From: Callorhinchus milii
Taxonomy: Eukaryota
Length of the DNA stretch: 64,000 nucleotides
Assembly (NCBI RefSeq): GCF_018977255.1
Contig: NW_024704745.1
Location: forward strand, 24,738,001-24,802,000
Reading direction: 5' to 3'
Below the pieces are notes generated by a model. The model did no database searches. It was not told where the DNA came from and saw only the letters and a list, made by a program, of their open reading frames with translations. Of this stretch, positions 51,738 through 64,000 are shown piece by piece. Each line of letters opens with the position of its first letter. The stretch's first letter is position 1. Made by a program: the position numbers and the translations under genes.

Positions 51738-51794
51738 GGAGTCCTGTAGCATATTAGTTAGAGCGCTCGCCTCGCAAGCGAGAGGACCTGGGTA
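51738..51794 (+). mobile_element. 3'-truncated (tailless) SINE head
   Basis: tRNA-like head only, flanked by tagtgtattgt at 51727-51737 and 51795-51805. Confidence 0.7.
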
Positions 51795-53067
51795 TAGTGT
51801 ATTGTCAAGTAATTTGTCTTCAATGTTAGCAATTTAGTTCTCTAGTTAATTCCTTGTTGTCTGCCCTGAGGTCTTGTTGTACTTGATTTGTAAGTAGCTT
51901 TTCCAATTTGGAAATTTTATTTGGATTCTGCTCAGTAAAACTTGAAGCGTTTACAAATTCACACAACCACATCCAAGAATACCAACGCAATCATGGTTAA
52001 AATGTATCACAGTAGTAATCTTTTTCAAACCACTCATGCTCATCTATTGATGGAGAGAACCTAATAACCACTGGTTTATCTCCTGATAGGTGTTGCTTTG
52101 GGCCTAATACTCTCCGGAAATAGGCAAGCAGGATGTGTCCCTTCAAGAAGAGAGTGCGCGTTCCAATACATGAGAGTTTCCATGTGTAGTGAGATACGTT
52201 GACCTATCAGTTTGGTTTGGATACTCTTAAGCATGGTGATGGATGCTTCTCCATGTGTCAGACACCCGGCTGACCCCCCAAAATACTGAGAGCCACATCC
52301 CTTCAAACAGAACATTCTGTTGAATACATGGTATTCTATGGTATAAATGTAGCTCCACAGTGATGCAGTAAAATGAGTAAAGTACAGAAATTATTTTCCT
52401 GTGTGCTTACAAATGGAAAGGCTGCTATTTCATCCAGTGTGTTGCATTCAGAAATCGCCATGGTCTTCTGTCACAAAGGAATTTCTCTGAAATAAAGCGC
52501 ATATCCACATGGATGCAGAGTGTTTATATATTCACTCAGAGACCAAAAGGATGGCAACGAAAGGAAGTGGAAATATTCATATTGATATAATAGAAGCCGC
52601 TTTTCTGAAGCTAAACATAAGGCACATTATGAAGCAGAACAGAGGCAATTTTAACCTTACAATTGACCACTATATCTAATTTGGGAAGACTAGATGTTAT
52701 CACTGAATGACAAAAGTTCCATTTATCAGAATTGATATTTCTCTCTGATTAACCCAAATATTTATCACTATCCAGTGAAAGATACTGAATGGTTTATACT
52801 TCATTCCAAATGTGATTTATGTGATATGAGGTTTTTGTTATCTCCTTTCTGTATGTTTAATCAGACACAAAGAGGTTTTTGTCCTGAGTTGAAAAATATT
52901 AAATGTCAATTTTTTTGACAATTTTGCACTGACAGAAACTACAATACCAGGTGATAGCACCAGCAGAAAACAGTACCAAGCAGATTAATTCTATTATTAA
53001 ACACATTCATTTAGGCAAAAATAATTTTCATTTTGAACATAATAAATGAAAGTATACACAGTATATG

Positions 53068-53335
53068 CAGCAACTTGCATTTTTATAGGTCTTGTCATTC
53101 AGGGTAGGGTCTTGGAGTGCTTAACACTGGTGGAGCCAGAGCCGAGTTGAGGAAGAAGGTGACCATAGGCATGGTTGAAGAGGAAGGTCTTCAGGCATGA
53201 ACTGAAAAAGAAGAAGCAGGGGCAAGGCAGAGGGATTGAGGAAGAGAGCTCCAAAGTTTGGGTGTATAGTGGCTGAAAGCACGCCTGCTGATGGAGAAGT
53301 GGAGGAGATGAGAGACAAACAGGAAGCGGAGCCAG
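53068..53335 (-). mobile_element. L2 3' fragment
   Basis: CLKTFLFNHAYG motif. Confidence 0.8.
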
Positions 53336-56127
53336 CTTTATGTACAGTTTTTTCAAGCAAATATTCAGTAAATATTTGAAAAGGAAACATGGTGTTGCAT
53401 TGTATAAACTACATCAAATTACGCTGTGTATAATGATTTACATGATTAACGTAACAGCAGAAACTGAGCTGCTGTCATTTCCACATATTAATGTTCATTC
53501 CCACCTTGCAGGACATGGTGTACAGACATCATAGAGAGCAACAGATTTACACTTTAATTCCTTCGAATGAGAAACTCATTTTAGTTAAATATAACCGTGC
53601 AGCCAACAATACTTTTCATTTCTAATTTCTATCAAAATGGAAATACAGAATATTCAGAGATGCCTGCTAAACAGGATCCATCTCACTCTTCTTCCCAGTG
53701 TTTGAAGTTCAAACGACTGAAATAAGGAAGAGAGCAATTAATAGTTCCAAATTTTGATAAACATCTAACAAAGACAGTTTAAGGCTGAATCTCACCATTG
53801 TTTTATCAGTGAATAAATTTGACATATTCCTTGCAATACAGTATAGTCTGTATAAACTGACAAACCTATTGGGGGGCGTTGGGGGTGGGGGAGAGAAATA
53901 CATAATTTCAGTGAAAGATTTCCAAATCATCAAATGTTTCATCAAACTGATAAAACATCGCGTCTTTCCATTTATTCCCAACACCGGCTGCAATCCTTTG
54001 TACCAAAGGTGGGGATGTGCTTCAGATCTAGGCTACAACAAGAACAATGACAATAACTTACATTTATGTAGGCACCTCTCTTGTTGGGAGAATGTCTTAA
54101 AATACTTTACAGCTAACTGAGAACACAAGCTGCAAAGTGAAGGAGGGGGAAATTGAAGTAGATAAATTCAAATTTACTGCATTTAGAAAGTAAAAATAGT
54201 GGCATGTTGCTCGGATAGAATTTGCTAAAGAGAAATTGTTAAAAATGCAAGGATATCCTTCAGCAGTGACAAAACATTCTGAATCCCTTCATCTCAACCT
54301 GATCACTAAACCAAGGGTGCTCTACAATGCTTCAAAAGGAACTTGTGCCAAAGTTCTGATGAATTTTACATTAAAATAAAATTATTACTGTAGCTCGTTT
54401 TTCATCAGTCCTGTGTGAGGACAGGTTCCAGGTAATAATAATCAAGTCCTGAATGAAATGTGATCATTAAAATCTTCCATCTGTACTGGAATGGGTAGCA
54501 ATTAGCTTTGGTGAGTAGCCAGCCCCCAAAAAACTCTCCTCATGCTGTTTAATATTCTTCCTTTTCAACCATCATTATAATTCCCTTTAAATAGAATCAA
54601 TGGACTCTGCCTTGACAAAGGAAAGATGAGCTGTCCAAGAAGAGTTACGTAGAATTATGCAGTATATTCTGTGAAGTGCTTTAACACGTCTCAAAGACGT
54701 GATAAGGCAATACATCAAATGCAAGGATTATTATTATTATTTATTACTTAAGAATTTCCTCTTAAATACACTGTTGATGCAAGCAGTTGGGTGGCAGCAG
54801 TTATGCTACCAACTTTCACCTCTGCTCGCTCATAAAACTAGTCCCACTTCACAAGCTGACAGGAAGAGAAATGTTGCATTCACTCAGCTCAACAAACCAA
54901 TGTTCGTGAAGCTGCAGCAGTTTCTGGTGCTTAAAGGCAGACATCAGAATTGGAGTTTTCACGCAGGCCACGCAACAAGAAGTGTCTGCTTCAAGATCTC
55001 ATTTGAAATTGTTCCAGTTTTGTGCTGAATGTGTGCTGTGACCTCAAGACATTGGTCACACTGATGTGCCACTATTAAGAAACATGATAAACTGGCACTT
55101 CAGGTGATGACAACATTTAAAAAGTCAATTCCATCCTGGGTTCAACCGGGCTGATTGGGGTTAATTCAGCAGTCAGTTTGGCGTGCTTTGTAACTGCTTG
55201 ATCCACTCTGCTTTCGTGGGTGTCCTGGTTTACAAGCAGCATCCTGTTCATTCACACCACAATACCTTGTGTAAACCAGTGGTCTATTTGGGTTTCTAAG
55301 GTAACACACTTCATAGGTGTGGAATTAAATACGTTTTTTAAAGTTGTGTTGGCAAGCATTTTCAATCTTGTTTACTAAAATTCTTAATTTAGACCCCATT
55401 GGATATACTGAACCTTATCACAGGACAACTCAAACATTTTGTAATAAGCAAATATTCTCGCAAATCTTTGCTTTAGATCTCGTTTTTGATTCCTTTATCA
55501 TCCTGTGTGATCAGTTGCTAAGGTTAAATGCAGTCAGAAAAAGCGATTAGGTATAATGTTGACTACATTGATTTTCAAGAGTCAATTGGCATCAAGTTAA
55601 CCTGATTTGTTCACATCTCTGTACATCTGGATATCAAACTGATCGCTTGATGTAAATCAAGATGCTGCATGCATTGTGTTTCCCTTGAATGGTGAGTTTC
55701 ATGCACTTAATGCAAATACAGGTGACCATAAAGTTGTGATACCATTACAGCTTTTAATAAGTATTAAAAAAAGTTTTTAAAAATTATAATTTTTTTAGAT
55801 AATAGGGTAGATATCACGATTTTTGGGTCATCTTATACAAAGGAAACCTGCTGCATTTTCTCCCATTTCACATATCCGCAAAAAGTGTGAATATAATGGT
55901 TTTGCAGAGGCAAGGCCTTTGGTTCTGCCCTTGTTGCCTTGTTGAGTGTTTGCGAGTGGAAATGAGGACATGTAGTGCAGAGATAAAGGTAAATGTCTAA
56001 ATATCTGTTTCTCATTTTAGTTTATGAGGAGGGAGGATTGGTTATCCCGAACTTCAAAATGGTTTATTGGAAAATATTTGTGGAAGTTGTGTTGTGTTCG
56101 AGCAAAAAGCTGACAATTTGCAGCCAT

Positions 56128-56447
56128 TCAACAACAACAACAAGATTACAGTTGTATAGCGCCTTTCATGTTGGGAGGACGTCCCAAGGCGCTGGACAGT
56201 GTACAACATTTCAGACCCGAGCTGGGGTCAGGAGGGGAGAACGGAGGGGAGGGGAAGGGGGGTGACCGATGGCATGGTCGAAGAGGAGGGTCTTGAGGCA
56301 GGACTTGAAGGAGGCTAAGGAGGGGGCGAGGTAGAGTGACTGGGGGATGGAACTCCAGAGGTTGGGGGCAGAGTGACTGAAGGCTCTCCCGCCAATGGTG
56401 GGGCAGGTGGGTCGGGGGACGTGGAGCAGGCCGGAGCCAGCTGAGCG
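56128..56447 (-). mobile_element. L2 3' fragment
   Basis: First about 180 nt almost identical to 17786-17970. Confidence 0.85.
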
Positions 56448-56569
56448 AATTCTTAAATTAAATGCACAAATCTACTCCTGGATTACACAATAGTAAATCT
56501 TTCTTGGTTATGCTCGGACAGTTTGGGGAATTTTAAATCTCATTGTGCTCTGTTGGTCTAATGGACAAC

Positions 56570-57190
56570 AGAGGTGGCATGAGATATTTTTACGAAATGA
56601 TAAATGATCTTTTCATCACAGTTTTGACTGCAAAAGAGAGTGGTGATTACCCCAACTAAGTAAAGGCAATTGCAAGGGTATATCTGAGTCCTTGGAGAAA
56701 GCAATAAAGGAGCAATTAACTGTTTTTTAAGAAACTGAAGGACTTAAATGGCCATAAAGTACTAGGTTCAAATGGAATGCACTTGAGACGACTAAAAGAG
56801 ATAAGAGCAAGAATGGATGCTGTGGTGGTAGAAATTGTTTGTAGCTCATTGAACTCAACAATGGTATCTGGGGACTGGTAGAGAGTTAATGTGATTGCAG
56901 TCTTTAAAAAAAGGTCAACAGTATGATCCCATGAATTACTGGTTTTCTAGTTTTACATATATGGAAGGAAAATCTCTAAAGTCTGGGTAAAGAAAACAAC
57001 TTAATAGTATCTAGTAAAGGCAATAACACTCAACTAATATGGATTTAAAACAAGGCAGATAACCCCTAACAAATGTATAGGAATTCTTTGAGGATGGAAC
57101 AGGATTTATCTGCATAAATAAGATGGTGGATATTGTGGTTGCAATCATTCTAGAGGAAAAGCATAAAGTAAGTTTTGTGGATTTTGAAGG
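56570..57190 (+). mobile_element. Old CR1 RT fragment
   Basis: Decayed collinear similarity to 63100-63620. Confidence 0.6.
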
Positions 57191-57851
57191 AAATGTCTAC
57201 CATTTCATTATTGAAAAAGTAGCAGTTCACTACATTATCTGAGAACCTATAATGCTCAATCCTACAGCATAAGTCAGTTTGTCACAGCCAATTTGTGGCA
57301 TCTCTACTATGTGAACCAACAACTTAGTAGGGAAATCATCGACTCTTCAGCAATGACATCTTATACCTTTATGAACACAAAATGAACCTCCCTTTGCTTA
57401 CCAAAAACAAAGTCTAAAGCATGGTTAGCATATAATCTGTTTTCTTTATTTTGAAAATGAAGGAGCTGGATTGAGTAGAACAGCATCTTCTCAATGTTTA
57501 CTGTAGATTTCTGAGAGTGAAGGGCAGTAGCAGAGGAACGTGAGAGAAAAACAAAAAAAAGTATTATAATCCATCTGATCTGTCTCATTTTCACAACTAT
57601 GTCTTTCTAACTCATGTGCCCCCAAATTCACTTTGTCAACAGAATTTTATCCAGTCAATGGTGCGTTTAATGATAAAAAGATAAGGAGTATCGATCGGTG
57701 AAGCACTGAAAACCTTTCAGCATTCTTTGACACCAGTGCACCACATTATGTAGATATGTAGATCTTTATGGGTATTTTGTATTTTTAGATCTTCTACTAA
57801 TCTGTTTAACAGTCGTTGAACATCATTGCCTCATTTTGAAGGCTCTTTGAT

Positions 57852-58220
57852 AATAATAACCCTTGCATTTGATATAGCCCCTTATCACGTCTTCGAGACA
57901 TCTCAAAGCGCTTTGCAGAATATACTGTAAAGTGAATTGACTGTATATTTTGTGAGCGAAACCAGCATCCAATTGTGCATAGCAGTGTTCCACAAGTATT
58001 GTTAATTGACTAACCAAATTGTAATCATTTTTTTTGAAGGAATTGTTATACCCAGAAAAATGATCCACCAATCGACTGACAACCAGGTTCCAACTTACTG
58101 CTAGGTAAACAGTGGCGTGTGGAGTAAGGAAACCTGCCCAACATTTTGCCCTGTTGAGAATCAAACCCAGGTCTTTTACTTGTGAGGCAAGTGCTCTAGC
58201 CACTGAACTACAGAACTCCA
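57852..58220 (-). mobile_element. tRNA-derived SINE, long subfamily
   Basis: Similar to 14770-15133. Confidence 0.85.
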
Positions 58221-60169
58221 CCTTTTAATACTAATACCTTTCAATCTAGTGATATTACTAGATATTGTTAAACTCAGTATAGCTGCCATTGTGTGATCAT
58301 TCTTCTCTACTTGTCTCATGTTCCTGGCAATTACACAGTGATCACTTCTGATTTAATAATTCCTCCAACAGGCTGTGGTAAATTGCTTACAAGTGTTTAC
58401 CAGGGATGTGAACCAAATCCACAGATAAACTGAAATGGAATTTTGAATTTGATAAATTCAGAACATTTTAAAAGATTGCTATTTCAAAGAAAGTGGAGTC
58501 TTTCTCCAGCTTAATCTGGTTTACATTCCCTCCTCATCCAAATTTACCCACAACATTCAAATTTGTTAACTACTTGGCTCATTGATGTTGATGAGATATT
58601 GCTGGTGCAGATTAACTGCCATTTGTAAGTAGTAGGAACATTCACTTTCAATCTTATTTTATAAAGAAGATCCATGACTGTCCAGCGCTTTCGGACATCC
58701 TCCTGATGTGAAAGGCGGAATACAAATATAATTTGTTTGTTTGTTTTGAGAATTCTATTTTATACAAAAGGCACTATAAAAATGCAAATTATTATAAAAA
58801 TGCATATTTGGTCCAATTTGAACCAATTCACATTCAGGTGTGCTATAGAATAACCTATCCCTTTCTGTTAAAATATGCACACACCTGTGTAATTTTCTAT
58901 TGCGGGAAGAGCATTACTGATTCACTACAACTGTATGGTTTTGTTTAAAAACAAGTGCCAATGATTTTCAGATGTACATATTTCTTGTGTTAGAATACTA
59001 AATCAGACGCTTCAGAAATAGTCGTTAGTAAAAATGCATTCAACGCTCCGGTATTCTAATGAATATTGTCTCCCTATATAATGACAAACTATTATTTTGG
59101 ATGGATCTGGAGGCTACAGATCTTGAATTTTTAAAATCTAAATCCAAATTATTGAAATGTGCATCTTACTCTTGGGAAGTTCAGAATCTTATAGCAATAT
59201 AGCTGAGAATTCGAGCTCTTTCGTGTTCAGCATTTTTGTTCTTTGAAATGTTCCAATGAGTTGACACATTGACTTTTAAATTAATTAAAATTTGTTTTGC
59301 TTTATACAACTAAAAGGATGGCATGTAAATATTGCACAGGTGACAATGTTTGCAACAAAAACACTATATAAAGCAACTAATTACATATAAAACAGAACTT
59401 TTTTCCATAAGATTATCATTACAGTGCATTGAACCCAGCCTACCAAGTTATTAGATCCTGTCAAATCTTTCAATTCCTTTTTCTCATTATTAATGATCTC
59501 AAATAAGCCTAACACCATTCGGCTGACATTGCTCTGCTGGATAATCTTAGTGAAAACTGGATAAAATTGGTCATTTTATTCTGTTTGTGGAATATTGCTG
59601 TTTGCAAATTGGCTGCTCTTTTGCCTACAAATGCATACCCTACATCACTGTACTTCAGAGTAAATTCTGCAAAGCACATTGAGATGTCTCGACGACGTGA
59701 TAACGTGCAATATCAACCAAGAATTATTATTTATATTATAAAATGTATTTGGGGGTAAGTCAAACTTGCAGAAAAATGTTTTTCAGCCTCTTAGGGGGAA
59801 AAAAACACAAGCAGAGGGTATCTGTGCGTTAGAGTGTGTCTAGGAGGTGGGGCTGTTTCATCTCTCACACAGGACAGACTACCTGATGAATCAATGAGCT
59901 GCAGAGTTGCTCAAATAGCACCAATGGAAACTGGTGAGTCAACGCTGCGAAGTGTTAAGATATGTCAAACAAAAAGCTGTCACCTTCAATCCCCTTATGG
60001 TTTCATTCTTAGCAGCTTTAGCTGCAGTAACAGTCCTTTGCAATGCAGCTTCAGCTGAATAGTTTCCTTCCAATTGTCATTTCATTGGATGAACAACATT
60101 ATAACATTATTATTAAAATATTATTATTATTATCATCAAAAGTAATCCCCCAAATAAGTTAACATTCAA

Positions 60170-63100
60170 ACATTGGCCATTCTTGTTCTGACTCTGACGC
60201 GCTCGTCCACTTTGACAAAAATAAAACAAGCAGAGAGCCCAGAGTGAGCTATGTCTGGAGTGAGGCGAGGCCAGAGTGAGAAGGAATTGTTGAGAGTGGG
60301 AAATGCTGTGGGAACTGCTATCGTGAGTGTTCAAGTGTTGTGCTACTAAAAACTGTTAAAACTGTTGATACCATTGGTAGATTGGACTTGTGGTGAAACT
60401 CTATAGGGAGCAGCTGCAGCTAAATTAGAGTTAGACTTAACCAATAACAGGTAACATACTGATTAATCACTTGATTAGGTGTTCATTCTAAATTACTGCT
60501 GACCAATTGGAAACTGGTTGCATCCAGAGGGTATAAAAAGGGGATCGCTGCGAGAGCCTTACTTGAGCAGAGAGTCTGGAGTGAGGTATATCTTCTAAAC
60601 AACTATAATACAGGGATAAATAGAGTGAGAGGAGAGAATGACCTGGCAGGTGATGTGTGAGGAATGTGGGAGTTGATGGAGGGTGCCCTAAGCCCGGACG
60701 ACTTCATCTGCAGCAAATATCTGCAACTGAGGAAGCTCCAGCTTAGAATAACTGAGCTGGAGTCTCAGGTGGAGACACTGCGCAGCATTAGAGATGGGGA
60801 GAGCTTCCTGGATAGTTTCATCCTGGAGCCAGACACTCCCACGAGTCCCAGGGAACGTTCTGTTGCCAGCCACAGACAGGACTGGGTGATGGTCAGTTAG
60901 GTGCATAAGGGGACCCGAAAGAGAGGGGCAGAGGAACCCCAGGCTTTAACCTTGTCCAACAGGTATGAAATACTTGCAACCTGCGTGGGTAAGGAAGTCT
61001 GTAAGGAAGATGGGTAAACTTACACCAACACCTCTATACAGGAGGCCACACTGGGAATAGTCAGAAAGAATATAGTGGTAATTGGGGGTGAGACAGTCAG
61101 GAAGACTGACACACTTTTCTACAGCCATAGCAAGGATACAAGAAGACTGTTACCTTCCTGGGGCCAGGGTGAAGGACGTCACTTCTGGGCCAGAGAAAAA
61201 TTTGAAGCAGGAGGGAGTGGATCCAATAGTTATGATTCACATAGGGACCAATGATAATAATAATAATCCTTGCACTTGATATAGCGCTTTTCATGTCGGA
61301 AGGAGTCCCAAAGCGCTTCACAGAACACACTGTAAAGTGAATTGACTGTATATTTGTGGGCGAACGCAGCAGCCAATTGCGCACAGCAATGTCCCACAAA
61401 CAGTCGTAGATTGAAAATGCCTAATTTATTATTGGTTTTGGTTTTGGAGGGATTATTATATGATGTAGGTAGGACAGGTAGGGACGAGTTGAGGAGCAAG
61501 TTAATTGGGAGTTAAGCTAAAGAGTAGAACTTTGAAGGTATTAATATCGGGATTGTTACTGAGCTAGGGCAAATTGGTACAGGCAAAAAAAAATTAAAGA
61601 GCTGAATACCTGGCTAAAAGAAGGGTGCGGAGGGCAGGGTTTTCACTTTATAGGCTACTGGCACCAGTATTGGGGGAGACAGGAGCTATTCCAAAGGAAT
61701 GGACTCCACTTAAACAGGGCTGGGACAAATGTCCTGGCAACACAAATAAATAGGGAGGTAGACAGGGCTTTAAACTACTAAGGGTGGGGGGGTAAATTCA
61801 ATCACGTGTAATCCGTTACAATTAAAATTAGGACCGATGAAAGTGGGAGAGCAGATTAACCAGGGAGATGAGCAAAGGGTGTCAAGTGGAGAAAGGAAGC
61901 CCAGGTATAGGGTATTGGTGAACAGGACTAATAGCCCAAAGTCAGAATTAAAGATGCTATATCTGAATGCGTGAAGCATTCGAAACAAGATAGATGAGTT
62001 AAATGCACAAATAGAAACAAGCGGGTATGATCTGGTAGCCATCACCGAGACATGGTTACAGGGAGATCAAGGGTGGGAGCTAAATATTCCAGGGTACGTG
62101 GTGTATAGGAAAGATAGGCAATGTGGTAAACGAGGAGGGGGGTGGCCCTGCTAATAAAGGATGGGATAAAAACAGTAGAGAGGAAAGATTTTAAATCAGA
62201 AAAGCAGGAAGTAGAGTCAGTATGGGTAGAGGTACGTAACAACAAGGGGCAGAAAACTCTAGTGGGAGTAGTTTATAGACCCCCGAACAGCAGTCACAGT
62301 ATCTCTCAAGGTATAAATCAGGAAATTAGCAGAGCATGTAGTAAAGGAAAAACATTAATTGTGGGTGATTTTAATCTGCACATAGATTGGGACAACCAAA
62401 TTGGGAAAAATATGATAGAGGAAGAGTTTATAGAATGTATTAGGGATAATTATCTAGATCAGTATGCCGAGGAGCCAACCAGGGAACAGGCCATATTAGA
62501 CCTTGTTTTGTGCAATGAAGCAGGGCTGATCAGCAAACTGGAAATTAAGGCTCCTCTAGGGCAAAGTGATCATAATACGATGGAATTTAGCATTAAGTTA
62601 GAGAGAAAAATAGTTAAGTCCGAAGCAAAGGTTTTAAATTTAAGTAGAGCCAATTTTGCTGGTATGAGAGAGGATTTAGCCAAAATAAACTGGGAAATTA
62701 GACTTAAGGATTTGACAGTAGACCAGCAATGGCAGACGTTTAAGGAGATAGTGCAAAATTCCCAGCGAGCACGTATTCCTTTGAGGAATAAGAATGCCAC
62801 GGGAAAGGTGGCCCAACCGTGGCTAACTAGAGCAGTTAGGGAAAGTATAAAGTTAAAGGAAGAAGCCTATAAAACAGCTAAGATGAGTAGTAAACCCGAG
62901 GATTGGGAGAACTTTAGGGATCAACAAAGGAGAAGCAAAAAAGTGATTAAGAGGAAGAAAATGGAATATGAGGGCAAACTAGCGAAGAACATTCAAAGGT
63001 AAATGTGGGTCCGCTCCAGGCAGAGACGGGAGGAATTAAAGTAGGGGACAAAGACATGGCAGATTCAGTAAACAAGTACTTTGCTACTGTCTTCACCTTA

Positions 63101-64000
63101 GAAGACACTGAAAACCTACCAAGAATAGAGGGGAACCAAGAAGAAAATGTCAGCGAGCAACTTGGGGAAATTAATATTAGTAAAGAAATGGTTTTAGGTA
63201 AATTATCAGGTCTTAAAACTGATAAATTCCCTGGACCTGATGGCCTACATCCTAGGGTTTTAAAAGAGGTGGCTACTGAGATAGTGGATGGCTTGTCTTT
63301 GATCTTCCAAAATTCTCTGGATTCTGGAACGGTTCCCATTGATTGGAAGATTGCAAACGTAACACCACTATTTAAGAAGGGTGGGAGAGAAAAGATGGGG
63401 AACTATAGACCAGTTAGTCTGACATCAGTGGTAGGGAAAATTCTTGAGTCCTTAATTGAAGATGTTGTTATGGGATTCCTGGAAGACCATAACAAGATTA
63501 GGCAGAGTCAACATGGCTTTACAAAAGGGAAGTCATGCTTAACTAGTCTTTTAGAGTTTTTTGAAGATGTATCCAGCAGGTTAGATAGGGGGAACCAGTA
63601 GATGTAGTATATTTAGATTTTAAAAAGGCATTTGACAAAGTGCCACACAAAAGGCTATTGCACAAGGTTAAGGCCCACGGGATTAATGGGAACATATTAG
63701 CATGGATTGAAGAGTGGCTAACGGGTAGAAAACAGAGAGTAGGGATAAACGGGTCATTCTCGAATTGGCAGGATGTGACTAGTGGAGTGCCACAAGGATC
63801 AGTGCTTGGGCCTCAGCTATTTACAATTTACATCAATGATCTAGACGAGGACATTGAATGTAACGTATCTAAATTCGCGGATGACACTAAACTAGGTGGG
63901 AGAGTAAGCTCTGAGGATGATGCAAAAAGATTGCAACGATATATCGATAGACTAGGGGAGTGGGCGAGTAGGTGGCAGATGGAATTTAATGTAGGGAAGT
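60170..64000 (+). mobile_element. CR1 LINE: 5' UTR, ORF1 (zinc-binding/coiled-coil plus SGNH esterase) and ORF2 (APE endonuclease plus RT), inactivated, runs off the window
   Basis: ORF1 DDFICSKYLQLRKLQLRITELE and LPGARVKDV...IHIGTND. ORF2 DLVAITETWL, VGDFN, SDHN, NYRPVSLTSVVGKI, KFADDTKLGG. Stops at about 61970, about 63000 and 63599 plus frameshifts. Confidence 0.95.
61256..61459 (-). mobile_element. 5'-truncated short SINE inserted in CR1 ORF1
   Basis: Reverse complement of the SINE body. atgat is repeated at both junctions. Confidence 0.9.

Noticed and set aside
54380-54465. QDLIIITWNL resembling CD200R NLIIITWE
   Set aside because: Stops immediately upstream, no Cys and no F-strand motif; probably chance.
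56010-56070. GGLVIPNFKMVYW as a host exon
   Set aside because: Matches the L1-type ORF2 GGL-x-x-P motif; a tiny relic.
59873-59933. Plus-strand 61-nt segment with ag/gtgagt flanks
   Set aside because: Isolated, with no partner exons or homology.

Overview
Vertebrate genomic DNA. The repeat landscape (L2, CR1, Tx1/L1, tRNA-derived SINEs with L2-like 3' tails, older Deu-domain SINEs) suggests a cartilaginous fish; this is inference. Much of the window is retrotransposon debris. Between the repeats, on the minus strand, is a small tandem cluster of CD200R-like immunoglobulin-superfamily receptor genes. Gene 1 can be assembled completely by hand from five GT-AG, phase-compatible exons (24029-23960, 15674-15351, 13401-13314, 11667-11631, 11108-11025). 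It encodes 200 aa: signal peptide, one IgV domain, TM, and a tail ending SVYLERINSVYDILSN. Gene 2 (46356-46293, 42298-41975, 40413-40309 or read-through to 40241) has an IgV exon 317/324 nt identical to gene 1, but a diverged leader, a different TM (His, GxxxG) and no recognisable copy of the gene 1 tail. The near-identity stops 20-45 nt outside the exon. This looks like a paired inhibitory/non-inhibitory receptor system homogenised by gene conversion, surrounded by relics of further copies. Other oddities are a U2 snRNA 5' fragment abutting a Tx1-clade LINE fragment, a palindromic element beside both leader exons, a tailless SINE head with 11-bp direct repeats, and a large CR1 with an esterase ORF1 running off the right edge. 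Repeat boundaries are approximate (about 10-30 nt). Exon boundaries were counted by hand. No database search was run.
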